A stretch of 64,000 nt of DNA, taken from NCBI GenBank assembly GCA_046045965.1, contig JBJOKS010000014.1, forward strand, positions 62,008-126,007, in the 5' to 3' direction. The notes beneath the pieces were generated by a model. That model did not search any database and was not told where the DNA came from. It saw nothing but the letters and a program-made list of their open reading frames with translations. Origin of the DNA: Cyanobacteriota bacterium (GTDB lineage: Bacteria > Cyanobacteriota > Cyanobacteriia > Cyanobacteriales > Nostocaceae). Positions 29,437 through 38,976 of the stretch are shown one piece after another. A program made the position numbers and the translations under genes. How positions within the stretch are numbered: position 1 is the stretch's first letter; every line of letters begins with the position of its first letter.

Positions 29437-30225
29437 GTGTCACCTATTCCCACAATTACAGGAGCAAAAATAATGAATCTTCAAAAATATGCCCAATTCA
29501 TTGGGACTGTTGGTAGTGGGTTACTGATTAGTTTATCAGCCATCCCCCAAGCAGTAATAGCACAACAAACGACTTCTAAAGTTAACCCTTGTCCCGGCAT
29601 TTTTTACGAAGAACCACATAACAGTCGGGTATTAGTTCCCCCCGGATGTCCTCCTAATGCTTTAACTCTCATGCTCATGCAACTAGGATTAATACCATTT
29701 ACTATTATTCCATTACCAGGTCAAAGCGGTTTAGGTGTTGGTGGTGAAGCACCTTCCGCACTTAATCCCAATCCTACAATATTTAATGAACCGCCTTATA
29801 ATCGTTCTCAACTAGGGTTTCGTCCAGGTGGTCAGATACCAACATTACCAACTCGTCCCCCTTCTAGTGGGGTGATACAACCACCAGCACCAGAACAAAG
29901 ACAAGACCCCAGTACCAAAATTGCTCTAGCAGATGGCAAAGCAAATATCAGGTTAATAAATAATACAGGGGCAAATATCACTTATGAAGTAATTGGGGAT
30001 ACAGCCTCACGCACATTAGAAGATAAATCAGATATCACTCTACGCGGTTTAAGCACACCAGTAACGGTGACATTTCAACGGGAAGACGGTGGACTTTTGA
30101 TGGTGACACCTCAACCTGGTAGAGAAAGAGGAAGTGTAGAAGTGACATTAAAAGCAACAACTGATGTCAACCAAGATAGAAGTGCAATGAGAATTCAATC
30201 AAATGGATCAGTTTTTTTGAATTAG
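29437..30225 (+). CDS. Secreted Pro-rich hypothetical protein (start probably ATG 29473)
   Basis: Signal-peptide-like N-terminus; NPCPGIFYEEPHN motif repeated as NPNPTIFNEPPYN. Confidence 0.75.
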   Translation: MSPIPTITGAKIMNLQKYAQFIGTVGSGLLISLSAIPQAVIAQQTTSKVNPCPGIFYEEPHNSRVLVPPGCPPNALTLMLMQLGLIPFTIIPLPGQSGLGVGGEAPSALNPNPTIFNEPPYNRSQLGFRPGGQIPTLPTRPPSSGVIQPPAPEQRQDPSTKIALADGKANIRLINNTGANITYEVIGDTASRTLEDKSDITLRGLSTPVTVTFQREDGGLLMVTPQPGRERGSVEVTLKATTDVNQDRSAMRIQSNGSVFLN

Positions 30226-30278
30226 TCGTTAGTCATTAGGAATAGAGAATGTTTTTCTTTCTCCTGACTCCTGAATTC

Positions 30279-31361
30279 TTACCTTCCTTTCAATTCGTTG
30301 AGACTGTTGAGTATTTTTGCTTCTTGTTTGATGTCATCTAATTTTCGCGCTAGTGAAAGTGCTTGTTCATAAGAATTACGTGCTTGAGGATAATTTTCGA
30401 GTTTTTCATAAAGTTCACCGGAGGATACTAAAGATTTTAGTTCTTCACTGGGATTATTTAATGATTTAGCGATCGCCAATCGTTTTTCTATCAATTCCAA
30501 AGCCCGATCATAACGACTAACAGCACTATGAGCAGTGACTAAACCATCAATTGCTCGTAATTGGTTAGGGCGATTTAAATTAATGTTTGCTAAACGCATT
30601 GCTGCCCCATAATTGCCTATGGTATTTGGATAATCTCCAGCAAAAAGATAAGCATCACCTAAATTATTCAGGGTGTTGATTTCACCAATCACATCACCTG
30701 TTTTGCGGCGAAAAAATAAGGCTGTTTCCCCTAATTGAATGGCTTGATTATAATCACCCAATCTGGTATATACCAGACTTAAATTACTGAGTGAAAGTCC
30801 TTGTCCTTCAATGTTTTCAAGATTCCGAGCCATTACTAGAGCATCTTGAATAGTTTGTCCTGCGGCTTTTGGTTCGCCTTTTTGTAGCAACAGAGTACCA
30901 AGATTATTAAGGGCAAAAATCTGATTTTGAAAATCCTGATTATCACGAGCTATTCCTAACCGACGACGTATAGCATCTTCGGCATCTTTGATATTACCTA
31001 ATTGCAGATAAGCACCAGCCAGTAAATCATAAGTGAAACCCTGTGATTTCATATCACCAAGAGAGTGATAAATCTTGAGTGCTTCTAATCCAGACTCAAT
31101 GGTTTTATCAACAGAACCCGAAGCATATTGTTGTTTACCTAGATACAATAATCTATCAGCTTCGTCTCTGGTTTGTCTGGTATTTAATTGTTTGCCGATA
31201 GGATGATTTAAAGGACTATGAATTTGTTTGGTAATGTCAATAGCATTAGCCGCACCAGGTATGAAAAAATAAGTAAATAATAGACTATAAACAATCCCCT
31301 GTTGCCATTTACTAACTTGCTGTAAAATAGTACAATTCGATAAAAAAGACAGATGTTTCAT
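30279..31361 (-). CDS. Secreted tetratricopeptide repeat protein
   Basis: ALNNLG, SLSNLS, TLNNLGDAY repeats. Confidence 0.88.
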   Translation of the reverse strand: MKHLSFLSNCTILQQVSKWQQGIVYSLLFTYFFIPGAANAIDITKQIHSPLNHPIGKQLNTRQTRDEADRLLYLGKQQYASGSVDKTIESGLEALKIYHSLGDMKSQGFTYDLLAGAYLQLGNIKDAEDAIRRRLGIARDNQDFQNQIFALNNLGTLLLQKGEPKAAGQTIQDALVMARNLENIEGQGLSLSNLSLVYTRLGDYNQAIQLGETALFFRRKTGDVIGEINTLNNLGDAYLFAGDYPNTIGNYGAAMRLANINLNRPNQLRAIDGLVTAHSAVSRYDRALELIEKRLAIAKSLNNPSEELKSLVSSGELYEKLENYPQARNSYEQALSLARKLDDIKQEAKILNSLNELKGR

Positions 31362-31463
31362 AACACTTTACCGTGAAATTTTGGCTCTAAATCAAAGGTG
31401 TAAGCAAGAGAGTTAATTTTTAGGTACAAAATAGATAATTTCACGTTGATACTTAAGTTAAAC

Positions 31464-32087
31464 TTAAACAGTATCTTCACCTAAGTAAATAGCGCGAATA
31501 TCATCTGGTAATTTGTCTTCTAGCATACGATAACCTTCTTGGATAAAATTCGCTACTTCGTCAGGGGAAATTTTTTCGCCTTCAGCTTGCAGATAAGCAG
31601 CAATGCGAGTTTCGCTCCAGTGGAAAGTTTGCGCCATTAAGACAATTAAGCGTAATATTGGCGGTAATTGGTCTAAAGCCTGTTCTATATAAAACCATAA
31701 CGGTGGAGAAGTATCTTTAAGTGAATAATGAATAGCCTCCGTTGGCGGTAGTTTAATTTCATTAATGCAGAAAGCAGTCATGTTGATTAACCAATTTTGC
31801 AAGGTTAACACTTCTTCGCCAGTTTCTGGGTTAGTTAAATAAAGTCCACCGAGTTCATAGTATATATGTTTCCAGGTAAGCGCAAAAAGATAATCTGCCT
31901 GGACAGGCGATCGCGCTGAATGTTGAATTAAGGTGTAAACTATAGGGCTATAACGGCAAAAAATGGCAGTAAAATATTTGCCATGATCGGGATAGCGCCT
32001 AAACAGATTTAGTAGTTCTTGGTCACTGTGATGAAACAGCGACTTTACCAGAGGATGGTTAGCTTCAGGAAAAGAAGGTATTTGCAC
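31464..32087 (-). CDS. ECF-like sigma-70 family protein
   Basis: FTAIFCRYSPIVY region-2-like segment; ALDQLPPILRLIV...WSETRIAAYL region-4-like segment. Confidence 0.75.
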   Translation of the reverse strand: MQIPSFPEANHPLVKSLFHHSDQELLNLFRRYPDHGKYFTAIFCRYSPIVYTLIQHSARSPVQADYLFALTWKHIYYELGGLYLTNPETGEEVLTLQNWLINMTAFCINEIKLPPTEAIHYSLKDTSPPLWFYIEQALDQLPPILRLIVLMAQTFHWSETRIAAYLQAEGEKISPDEVANFIQEGYRMLEDKLPDDIRAIYLGEDTV

Positions 32088-32139
32088 AAGCGTTTTAGTA
32101 GATGGTTGTTAAAATATACAGAGTATTGGCTGGTAAACA

Positions 32140-32230
32140 GTAATTGGTAATTGGTAATTGGTCATTGGTCATTGGTCATTGGTCATTAGTCATTAGTTAT
32201 TCTCCCCCTGCTTCCCCTGCTTCCCCTGCT
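32140..32230. repeat. STRR arrays (GTAATTG/GTCATTG, CCCTGCTTC)
   Basis: Tandem short repeats. Confidence 0.75.
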
Positions 32231-32355
32231 TTATTCCTAGTTCCCTGTTCCCTGTTTCCTAACCCAGAGTATGAGATAAACTAAAAAAGAGGACTTAATA
32301 TTAGTCTTTATCGACAATACTAAAAGCGGCTCCCTTATACAATCTTTGTTTATTC

Positions 32356-32952
32356 ATGGTTATAGCAGCTAATTTGATACCTTTCCTGCTTAGTCCTGTT
32401 ACTCTAGGCTCTTTCTTGCCCTCTCTGCCTTTGGATAGCCTTTTCTCTACCCAAGGCATTATGATTATGCTGTTGGCGGCTTATGCTGGCGCTATGTGGA
32501 TGTTTTTGACCAGCGCCCCCAAGGTCTATACTGTGATGGTGTCGGACTTGGAAATTGCCCGACAATTGTATGAAGGTTTGCTAGATTTGCCCGCAGCAGA
32601 AGTACCTTTGCACTATTATTACAACTACGAACAAACTATTGGTGCAACAGGGATAGACCCGCTTTATATGTCCTCTAGTCCCAGTTGGTCAAATAAAGCG
32701 ATGAGTGGTGGCAACGATGGACTATGGTATCAATTAAAGAAAAATACTCAACTGCACATCATTACTGGTGCGAGTATTGGTACTAAAAATCAACAGCGTC
32801 ATGTTTGTTTTGACCATGACTGTTTAGAGTTGATTTTAATGCGGGTGGAAACAAGAGGTTTAAAATTCAAAATTCGCAATCAAAAGCCTTTGAATTTTTT
32901 GGTGAAAGACTACGAAGGACGCGTGATTGAATTGGCTGAAGTTAACGGTTAG
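32356..32952 (+). CDS. Glyoxalase/VOC-like domain protein
   Basis: VMVSDLEIARQLYEGLL...RHVCF...VKDYEGRVIEL. Confidence 0.8.
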   Translation: MVIAANLIPFLLSPVTLGSFLPSLPLDSLFSTQGIMIMLLAAYAGAMWMFLTSAPKVYTVMVSDLEIARQLYEGLLDLPAAEVPLHYYYNYEQTIGATGIDPLYMSSSPSWSNKAMSGGNDGLWYQLKKNTQLHIITGASIGTKNQQRHVCFDHDCLELILMRVETRGLKFKIRNQKPLNFLVKDYEGRVIELAEVNG

Positions 32953-33201
32953 TTATTAGTCATTAGTTATTAGTTATTAGTCATTAGTCATTCTAATCTC
33001 GTTCCCAGTCTCTGACTGAGAATGTCTATCAGGAGGTTCTACCTCCCATCCAAATAGTCAGTTTTAGGGTGTGTTGGGGTTTTTCCTGATGCACCCTAAT
33101 TTTTTATTTAATGAACCACGTTCGCGAAGCGTCCCGAAGGGATAGACACGAAGGAAGCGAAGGAAGAAGAGAAGAAGAGAAGAAGAGAAGAAGAGAGATT
33201 T

Positions 33202-35889
33202 TTAGTTTGGTGGCCAAGGTCCTATTATTTCTATTCCCTGTTTCTCTTTTTCTGCTAGTTCTTTATTTAAGTTGAGCAGTTTTTCTAATATGTCATCTTC
33301 TGGTTGAATTTTATAAGCTTCCATTACCAGTTTATCTAATTGTTTATGTAGTTGATAAAGTTGGCTGCTCGGTTCATTAAAGAATTTATTATATAATGTG
33401 GTGATTCCCCATTGTTTGGACTCCATTTGTTGAGTACGATATTGATGTAGTTGTTCGGCTTTGGTGCGAATTTTTTCTACTATTTTAATATCTGCTGTTT
33501 GCGGAAATGGGAAGGTTTCAAAACAGGTGTTGTGAGTGTAAGCTATGCTTAATCCTAATGTTGATTTTTGAGATTGTATCCATTCATGATGTACATTAGA
33601 TGAGAGAATACCAAAGATATAATCATCATCTGATCCAACTACAACTGATTTATCACCTGGTAGCCAATTTAAAGGTGCGGGAATAAATATAGCCCATTTA
33701 GAAACTCTAGGAACTGTAAAGTAAAATGATAGTGATGAAATAGCTTTTCTCATTGCTGGTCTTTTTTCCCCATATTTCCACCAATTCAATTTGGTAACAT
33801 CTCTACGGTTATTATCTCTTTGTGGTTTAACAGTTTGTTTAATATGTTCAAAAGGTAATTTATATTCACTAGCATCCTCAATACTCATATCATTAAAATC
33901 AATAATCCATCTTTCAGGTTTACCATGAGGATTTTTCGCTAAATTTGCCCCCATTGAAAATAATTTTAAAACCCCTTTATTTTTAGTATCTTTGTTTATC
34001 CATTCCTGTACTTGTTGTTCAGTTATTATAAATCCTTCACCTACTGGAATTACACCTTGAAAACACTTATTCAAATTTGCTTGTAACCTAACAGCTTGAG
34101 AAACATCAATACTAGATTTCAAGGAAGAATTGATTTGTGATACTATCTGATTATCTAAATAATACTTTTCTGGTTTCTGCTTACACCAATTAACAATACT
34201 CACATGAACTTTAGCAGCACCCGACCAAGGTTGTGTAGAAACAGCTTCATGAATATAACCGCCATTTTGAGTAATATAATCTAAAGCTGCAATTCTGCTT
34301 TTACCTTGACTGATAGAATTAGTTGCAACTAAACCAACTCTACCTTTTTCATCAATTTTATCATGAGCTAATCTAAACCAATAAGCACAAAAATCTACAG
34401 AATCTTTCACATCTGGGAAAGTTTGAAAAATTCTATCTACATATTCATCATTTAATGTAATTCTAATATGTTTACCACCCAAAAAAGGTGGATTTCCAAT
34501 AATAGCATCTGCTTTAACCCATTCACTAAATAAAGCATCCTGACAAATAATATTATTATCCAAACTATCCAAAGGTAAAGCCGGTTCAGTTAACTGTAAA
34601 TTATCAATCGCAATTTTTCGCGCTATCATTAAAGTTACCCTTGCTAACTCCACCGCAAAAGGGTTTGTGTCCATTCCATAAAATTGCAAAGGAGTCACCA
34701 AACCCATCTGCATTTGTTTGTCTTTAGATTTACTCAAAGATTGAATTTTCTCTAACAACAATATTTCAATTCTTTTTAATTCCTGATATGCTAAATAAAG
34801 AAAATTACCTGAACCGCAAGCAGGGTCTAAAACTCGATAACTTTGTAATTCTATTTGCAATTTTGAAAGTTCTTTAATAGTATTTGCTGTTTCTATTCTA
34901 TCTTCCCAAAAACGGCTAATTGTGGGGCGGACAATTTTCATAATATCCGCTTCTGATGTATAATGAATTCCTCTAGCGTGACGTTCTTTTTTATCTAACA
35001 TTCCTTCAAATAAATTCCCAAAAATAGCCGGACGGACTTTACTCCAATTTTCTCGCGCAGAAACATCTAAAAAATTTAATTCTTCTCTCGTTAATTCAAT
35101 TGCATGAATTTGTGAAAATAAACCACCGTTAAAATAATCTACACCTTGATAACGTCCTGCGGGTGTAATTCCTGGTTGATTCATTTCCCGAAATAACCCA
35201 CCTAAAATATCATAATAACTTAACCCATTCATACAGTCTTGCACACAAGAAACAAACATATCACGGGGTAAAAGTTGTCTATCTTCCGCAAACATGACTA
35301 ACACACATTGCAAAATAAAACGCTGTGCTGTTAATTTTTCAATTCCTCTTTTTTCTAATTCTAATAATAATTCTCCCATCCTTCGAGCAGCGCGTTCTGT
35401 CACCTCTACCTGGTTATTTTGGAATACAGGGGTTTTTTGCCCTAATTCCATAAATGCCAATGCTCCAGCCCTTTCTGGTAGTTGCTCCAGAGATATTTTA
35501 TCTACGGGTGTATCTAATTGAATATCAAAATCAAAAATCAAAAACTCATCAAAATTACATAAAATCACATATTTAGGACGATTTGGTACTAAACGAGTCC
35601 AATAATCAAAAGCTTGGGAATAATGTTTATTTAAATCTTCTCCCCGTTTTTTCATTTCAATTAAAACGCGGGGTTTCCAAACTAAATCAGCAAATCCTGT
35701 TTTACCTGTTTTACTACTTTTTTTAATAGCTTCCTCATAGGTTGCACCAGCTTCTAAAGCACCTTCATGACCAAAAGCGCGAAAAAAACGATCCAGAAAT
35801 GTTTGCGCTTCTTTCCGTTCTTGTCCGGTGATGTGTTGTTTGCAGAATTGAACGAATTTAGATAAACTTTCTGGTGTAGATGATGTCAT
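33202..35889 (-). CDS. MmeI-like Type IIL/IIG fused restriction endonuclease-N6-adenine methyltransferase
   Basis: N-terminal ADLVW...LIEMKK nuclease motif, DPACGSGNFL motif I, GNPPF motif IV, C-terminal YTHNTCFETFPFP. Confidence 0.9.
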   Translation of the reverse strand: MTSSTPESLSKFVQFCKQHITGQERKEAQTFLDRFFRAFGHEGALEAGATYEEAIKKSSKTGKTGFADLVWKPRVLIEMKKRGEDLNKHYSQAFDYWTRLVPNRPKYVILCNFDEFLIFDFDIQLDTPVDKISLEQLPERAGALAFMELGQKTPVFQNNQVEVTERAARRMGELLLELEKRGIEKLTAQRFILQCVLVMFAEDRQLLPRDMFVSCVQDCMNGLSYYDILGGLFREMNQPGITPAGRYQGVDYFNGGLFSQIHAIELTREELNFLDVSARENWSKVRPAIFGNLFEGMLDKKERHARGIHYTSEADIMKIVRPTISRFWEDRIETANTIKELSKLQIELQSYRVLDPACGSGNFLYLAYQELKRIEILLLEKIQSLSKSKDKQMQMGLVTPLQFYGMDTNPFAVELARVTLMIARKIAIDNLQLTEPALPLDSLDNNIICQDALFSEWVKADAIIGNPPFLGGKHIRITLNDEYVDRIFQTFPDVKDSVDFCAYWFRLAHDKIDEKGRVGLVATNSISQGKSRIAALDYITQNGGYIHEAVSTQPWSGAAKVHVSIVNWCKQKPEKYYLDNQIVSQINSSLKSSIDVSQAVRLQANLNKCFQGVIPVGEGFIITEQQVQEWINKDTKNKGVLKLFSMGANLAKNPHGKPERWIIDFNDMSIEDASEYKLPFEHIKQTVKPQRDNNRRDVTKLNWWKYGEKRPAMRKAISSLSFYFTVPRVSKWAIFIPAPLNWLPGDKSVVVGSDDDYIFGILSSNVHHEWIQSQKSTLGLSIAYTHNTCFETFPFPQTADIKIVEKIRTKAEQLHQYRTQQMESKQWGITTLYNKFFNEPSSQLYQLHKQLDKLVMEAYKIQPEDDILEKLLNLNKELAEKEKQGIEIIGPWPPN

Positions 35890-36045
35890 ATTCGTGAGTT
35901 AAAAAGTAAGCAATCAGCAATCATTTTTAACCTAAATGTAGTGTTTTACAGCCTATTGCTTACGGCTAAATACTTACGAAATGTTCCCCCTGTTGGGGTT
36001 GGGGGGATCTAATATCTTGCTAACTTAAAACGAGTCACTATAACT

Positions 36046-36489
36046 TTACCTACTACCATCCAGTAAAGCATGATGAGCAAAAATTCCCTTCAATTTCAAA
36101 TTAGTAAAATCAAAAATTGCCTTGATTAAATCTCGTTGTTCAGAACTTAAATTCAACTGTGCCAATGCTTCCTTAAATTGACTACCTTTATGCAAATTTT
36201 CAGCTAGGTTTTGCCGTTGTTCATCATCTAAAATAGCCAAAATATCTTTGTTACGACGTTGACGGATAGCTTGCATTTTTTGTCTTTCCTGGGGAGTTAA
36301 ATCATCTTCAGAAATATTCATAATATTTTTCCTATTTTCTTTAGTTGCAGTGAAAATAACTTCAGTCAAAATAACTTGAGGAGAATTAAACACATTATTC
36401 GCTGAAGCTATCTTAACTTCTGGGAAACACACAGCTAAAAAAAACACAATTAAGAACACAAAAAAGCGCGATGCAACTTGAATCATCAT
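36046..36489 (-). CDS. Secreted helical protein (Spy/CpxP-like LTxxQ motifs)
   Basis: Signal peptide; DLTPQERQK, LDDEQRQ, LNLSSEQR. Confidence 0.65.
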   Translation of the reverse strand: MMIQVASRFFVFLIVFFLAVCFPEVKIASANNVFNSPQVILTEVIFTATKENRKNIMNISEDDLTPQERQKMQAIRQRRNKDILAILDDEQRQNLAENLHKGSQFKEALAQLNLSSEQRDLIKAIFDFTNLKLKGIFAHHALLDGSR

Positions 36490-36750
36490 GTTGATAAAAT
36501 CTGAATTGTATTTAAGAATGGCGTATAAGTCATACCCTGATAATTTTCCTACTTTTAGGGACAGGGATTCAAAACCCGGTCAAATTTTACCAATTACCCA
36601 TGACCAATTACCAATTACCCATATTTTTTCTCTATGACTAAATTCAGGAATTGATAATAAAGAAATATATATCAGACCTATTAGAATTACATTCTTTTAT
36701 ATTTACCCACTCAACGCTATCATCAAAATCATTGCTAGAGGTGATAAGTC

Positions 36751-37689
36751 ATGAGTGGACAAATTTTGGAAACAGCAGCAGTGACTACCGTTACCCAAGA
36801 TGGTGAAATTGATTTAGAGGCCGCTTTCCAGGAATCTCAAATCCAAGATATTTTAGATAAGTTGGATCAGGAGTTAGTCGGTTTAAAGTCCGTCAAAAAC
36901 AAAATTAAGGAAATGGCGGCCTTGTTGTTGGTTGACCGTATCCGTAAAAGTTTGGGTTTAACCGCTGGTGCGCCTAGCTTACACATGACTTTTTTAGGCA
37001 ACCCAGGTATGGGTAAAACTACTGTAGCAATGCGGATGGCGGAAATTCTCTATCGTTTAGAATACATCCGCAAAGAAAATGTGATGTTGGTAACACGAGA
37101 TGATTTAGTTGGCCAAGGTATTGGACAAACAGCACCCAAAACCAGGGAAGTTTTAAATAATGCAATGGGTGGTGTTTTATTGGTTGATGAAGCTTATACT
37201 TTATACCGTCCTGATCATCCCGGAGATTTTGGTTTAGAAGCGATTGAAATTCTCATGCAGGTAATGGAAAATCAGCGTGATGATTTGGTTGTCATTCTTG
37301 CTGGTTATAAAACCCAAATGGAGCATTTTTTCCACAGTAATCCAGGGATGAATTCTCGCATTGGCTTACACATTGAATTTAATGATTATAGTGTTGATAA
37401 TTTGATGATTATTGCCCAATCTATCGTCAAAAATCAAAACTATTGTTTTAGTCCAGATGCAGAAACAGCTTTCCGTGAATATTTAATTAGACGGAAGACA
37501 ATGCCCCATTTTGCTAATGCTCGCAGTGTCCGCAATGCTATAGATAGAGCGCGTTTACGTCAAGCTAATCGTTTGTTAAGTAGTGGCAAAAAATTAAATA
37601 AACAGGATTTAATTACTATCGAAGCAGTAGATATTCTCGCAAGTCGAGTATTTAGAGAAGGTGTTCCTGACTGCGAAACGGAAAGCTGA
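36751..37689 (+). CDS. cbbX: CbbX-like AAA+ ATPase
   Basis: LDQELVGLKSVK, LHMTFLGNPGMGKTTVA, VTRDDLVGQ, LLVDEAY, VVILAGY, HFANARSVRNAIDRARLRQANRL. Confidence 0.8.
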   Translation: MSGQILETAAVTTVTQDGEIDLEAAFQESQIQDILDKLDQELVGLKSVKNKIKEMAALLLVDRIRKSLGLTAGAPSLHMTFLGNPGMGKTTVAMRMAEILYRLEYIRKENVMLVTRDDLVGQGIGQTAPKTREVLNNAMGGVLLVDEAYTLYRPDHPGDFGLEAIEILMQVMENQRDDLVVILAGYKTQMEHFFHSNPGMNSRIGLHIEFNDYSVDNLMIIAQSIVKNQNYCFSPDAETAFREYLIRRKTMPHFANARSVRNAIDRARLRQANRLLSSGKKLNKQDLITIEAVDILASRVFREGVPDCETES

Positions 37690-37806
37690 TTGGGGACTGG
37701 GGACTGGGGACTGGGGACTGGGAAGATGAATAACCTAATTACCCATTACCCATTACCCATTACCCATTACCCATTACCCATTACCCATTACCCATTACCC
37801 ATTACC
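37690..37806. repeat. STRR arrays (TGGGGAC; about 9 x TTACCCA)
   Basis: Tandem heptamers between convergent genes. Confidence 0.85.
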
Positions 37807-38768
37807 TATTCTGACTTTTTTAATCTATCAATTTCTCGTTGTAATTCTTCAAGTTGTTGGCGTAATTTTTCCGCTTCATTTTCAGGTGTTTCAACTTTGA
37901 CATTAACTGCTCCGGTGGCGGGTGTTTGCTGATAGTTACCTTGGCGAATTTGCTGATATTCTTCTGATACCGCCCAAGTGCGTAAATAATGCACTCGTTC
38001 TACTGGGAAAGGATGACTAAGCATCATTCCTTGAGCGCCGTTGTAATTCAGAAATTTATATACTTGATTAAGTCCGTCTTCATCCAGTGCCTGATATTTT
38101 TCTGACTGCTGGATAAATTCTTGTAAACTACATTCGTGGGCATATTTGTTACTACCGCCTGATATTTTCATCATGGTTGACATGACTGTATTGAGGTCAT
38201 CCATGACTAATAATGCTGCGCGATCTGCGGATAATTCGGCTTTACGTCGCCATTCAAAAAAGGCATAAATTAAAGCTTGACTGACAAAATTACCCAAACC
38301 AAAGGTTAATTCGCCAATGGTGGAAGCGGCGCTCATTGCCCACATTGCCATTTGAATTAAAATAGTATGACCACATTTAATATGACCCAGTTCATGGGCT
38401 AACACCGTCCGAATTTCGGCTTCATTGAGTAAGTCCAGTATCCCTGTGTTAACGACTATGTAAGGATTTTCTTGCCCCAATGCGTAGCTGTTGGCTTGGG
38501 GGTTGTTTGAGATAAACAGTGTCGGTTCGGGGTAAATGTCTAAATCTCGCACACATTCCCGAAACATCTGGTAAATAGTGGAATATTGGCGCGGTCCGAC
38601 TTGGATGTTATTGCCCATGAGATAAATTAATTGAGGGCGTTCATAGACAAATTCCACAAATTTACGAGCGATTAAATCAAATCCCGGTAAACTTCTCAAA
38701 GCTTGCTCGGCTTGACGATCTAATGGATGCCTGAAGGCTTCGCTGGAAATTCCTTTGTAAGTTGGCAT
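37806..38768 (-). CDS. M48 family zinc metallopeptidase
   Basis: LAHELGH, AELSADRA, LSHPFPVER. Confidence 0.92.
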   Translation of the reverse strand: MPTYKGISSEAFRHPLDRQAEQALRSLPGFDLIARKFVEFVYERPQLIYLMGNNIQVGPRQYSTIYQMFRECVRDLDIYPEPTLFISNNPQANSYALGQENPYIVVNTGILDLLNEAEIRTVLAHELGHIKCGHTILIQMAMWAMSAASTIGELTFGLGNFVSQALIYAFFEWRRKAELSADRAALLVMDDLNTVMSTMMKISGGSNKYAHECSLQEFIQQSEKYQALDEDGLNQVYKFLNYNGAQGMMLSHPFPVERVHYLRTWAVSEEYQQIRQGNYQQTPATGAVNVKVETPENEAEKLRQQLEELQREIDRLKKSE

Positions 38769-38789
38769 AATTAAGGGAAGTTGGTAAAT

Positions 38790-38916
38790 GGTGATTGGGG
38801 ACTGGTGATTGGGGATTGGGGACTGGGGACTGGGGACTGGGGGTAAGAAGAAGAAAAAAAGATATATATTCCCTGTTCCCTATTCCCTATTCCCTATTCC
38901 CTATTCCCTATTCCCT
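38790..38916. repeat. STRR arrays (TGGGGAC, TTCCCTA)
   Basis: Tandem heptamers that produce a spurious N-terminal ORF extension. Confidence 0.8.
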
Positions 38917-38976
38917 GACAACATAATAGAAGTAGGGAAGTTCGGAAAAAGTCACTTGTTATGGGATGAAAAGCGT

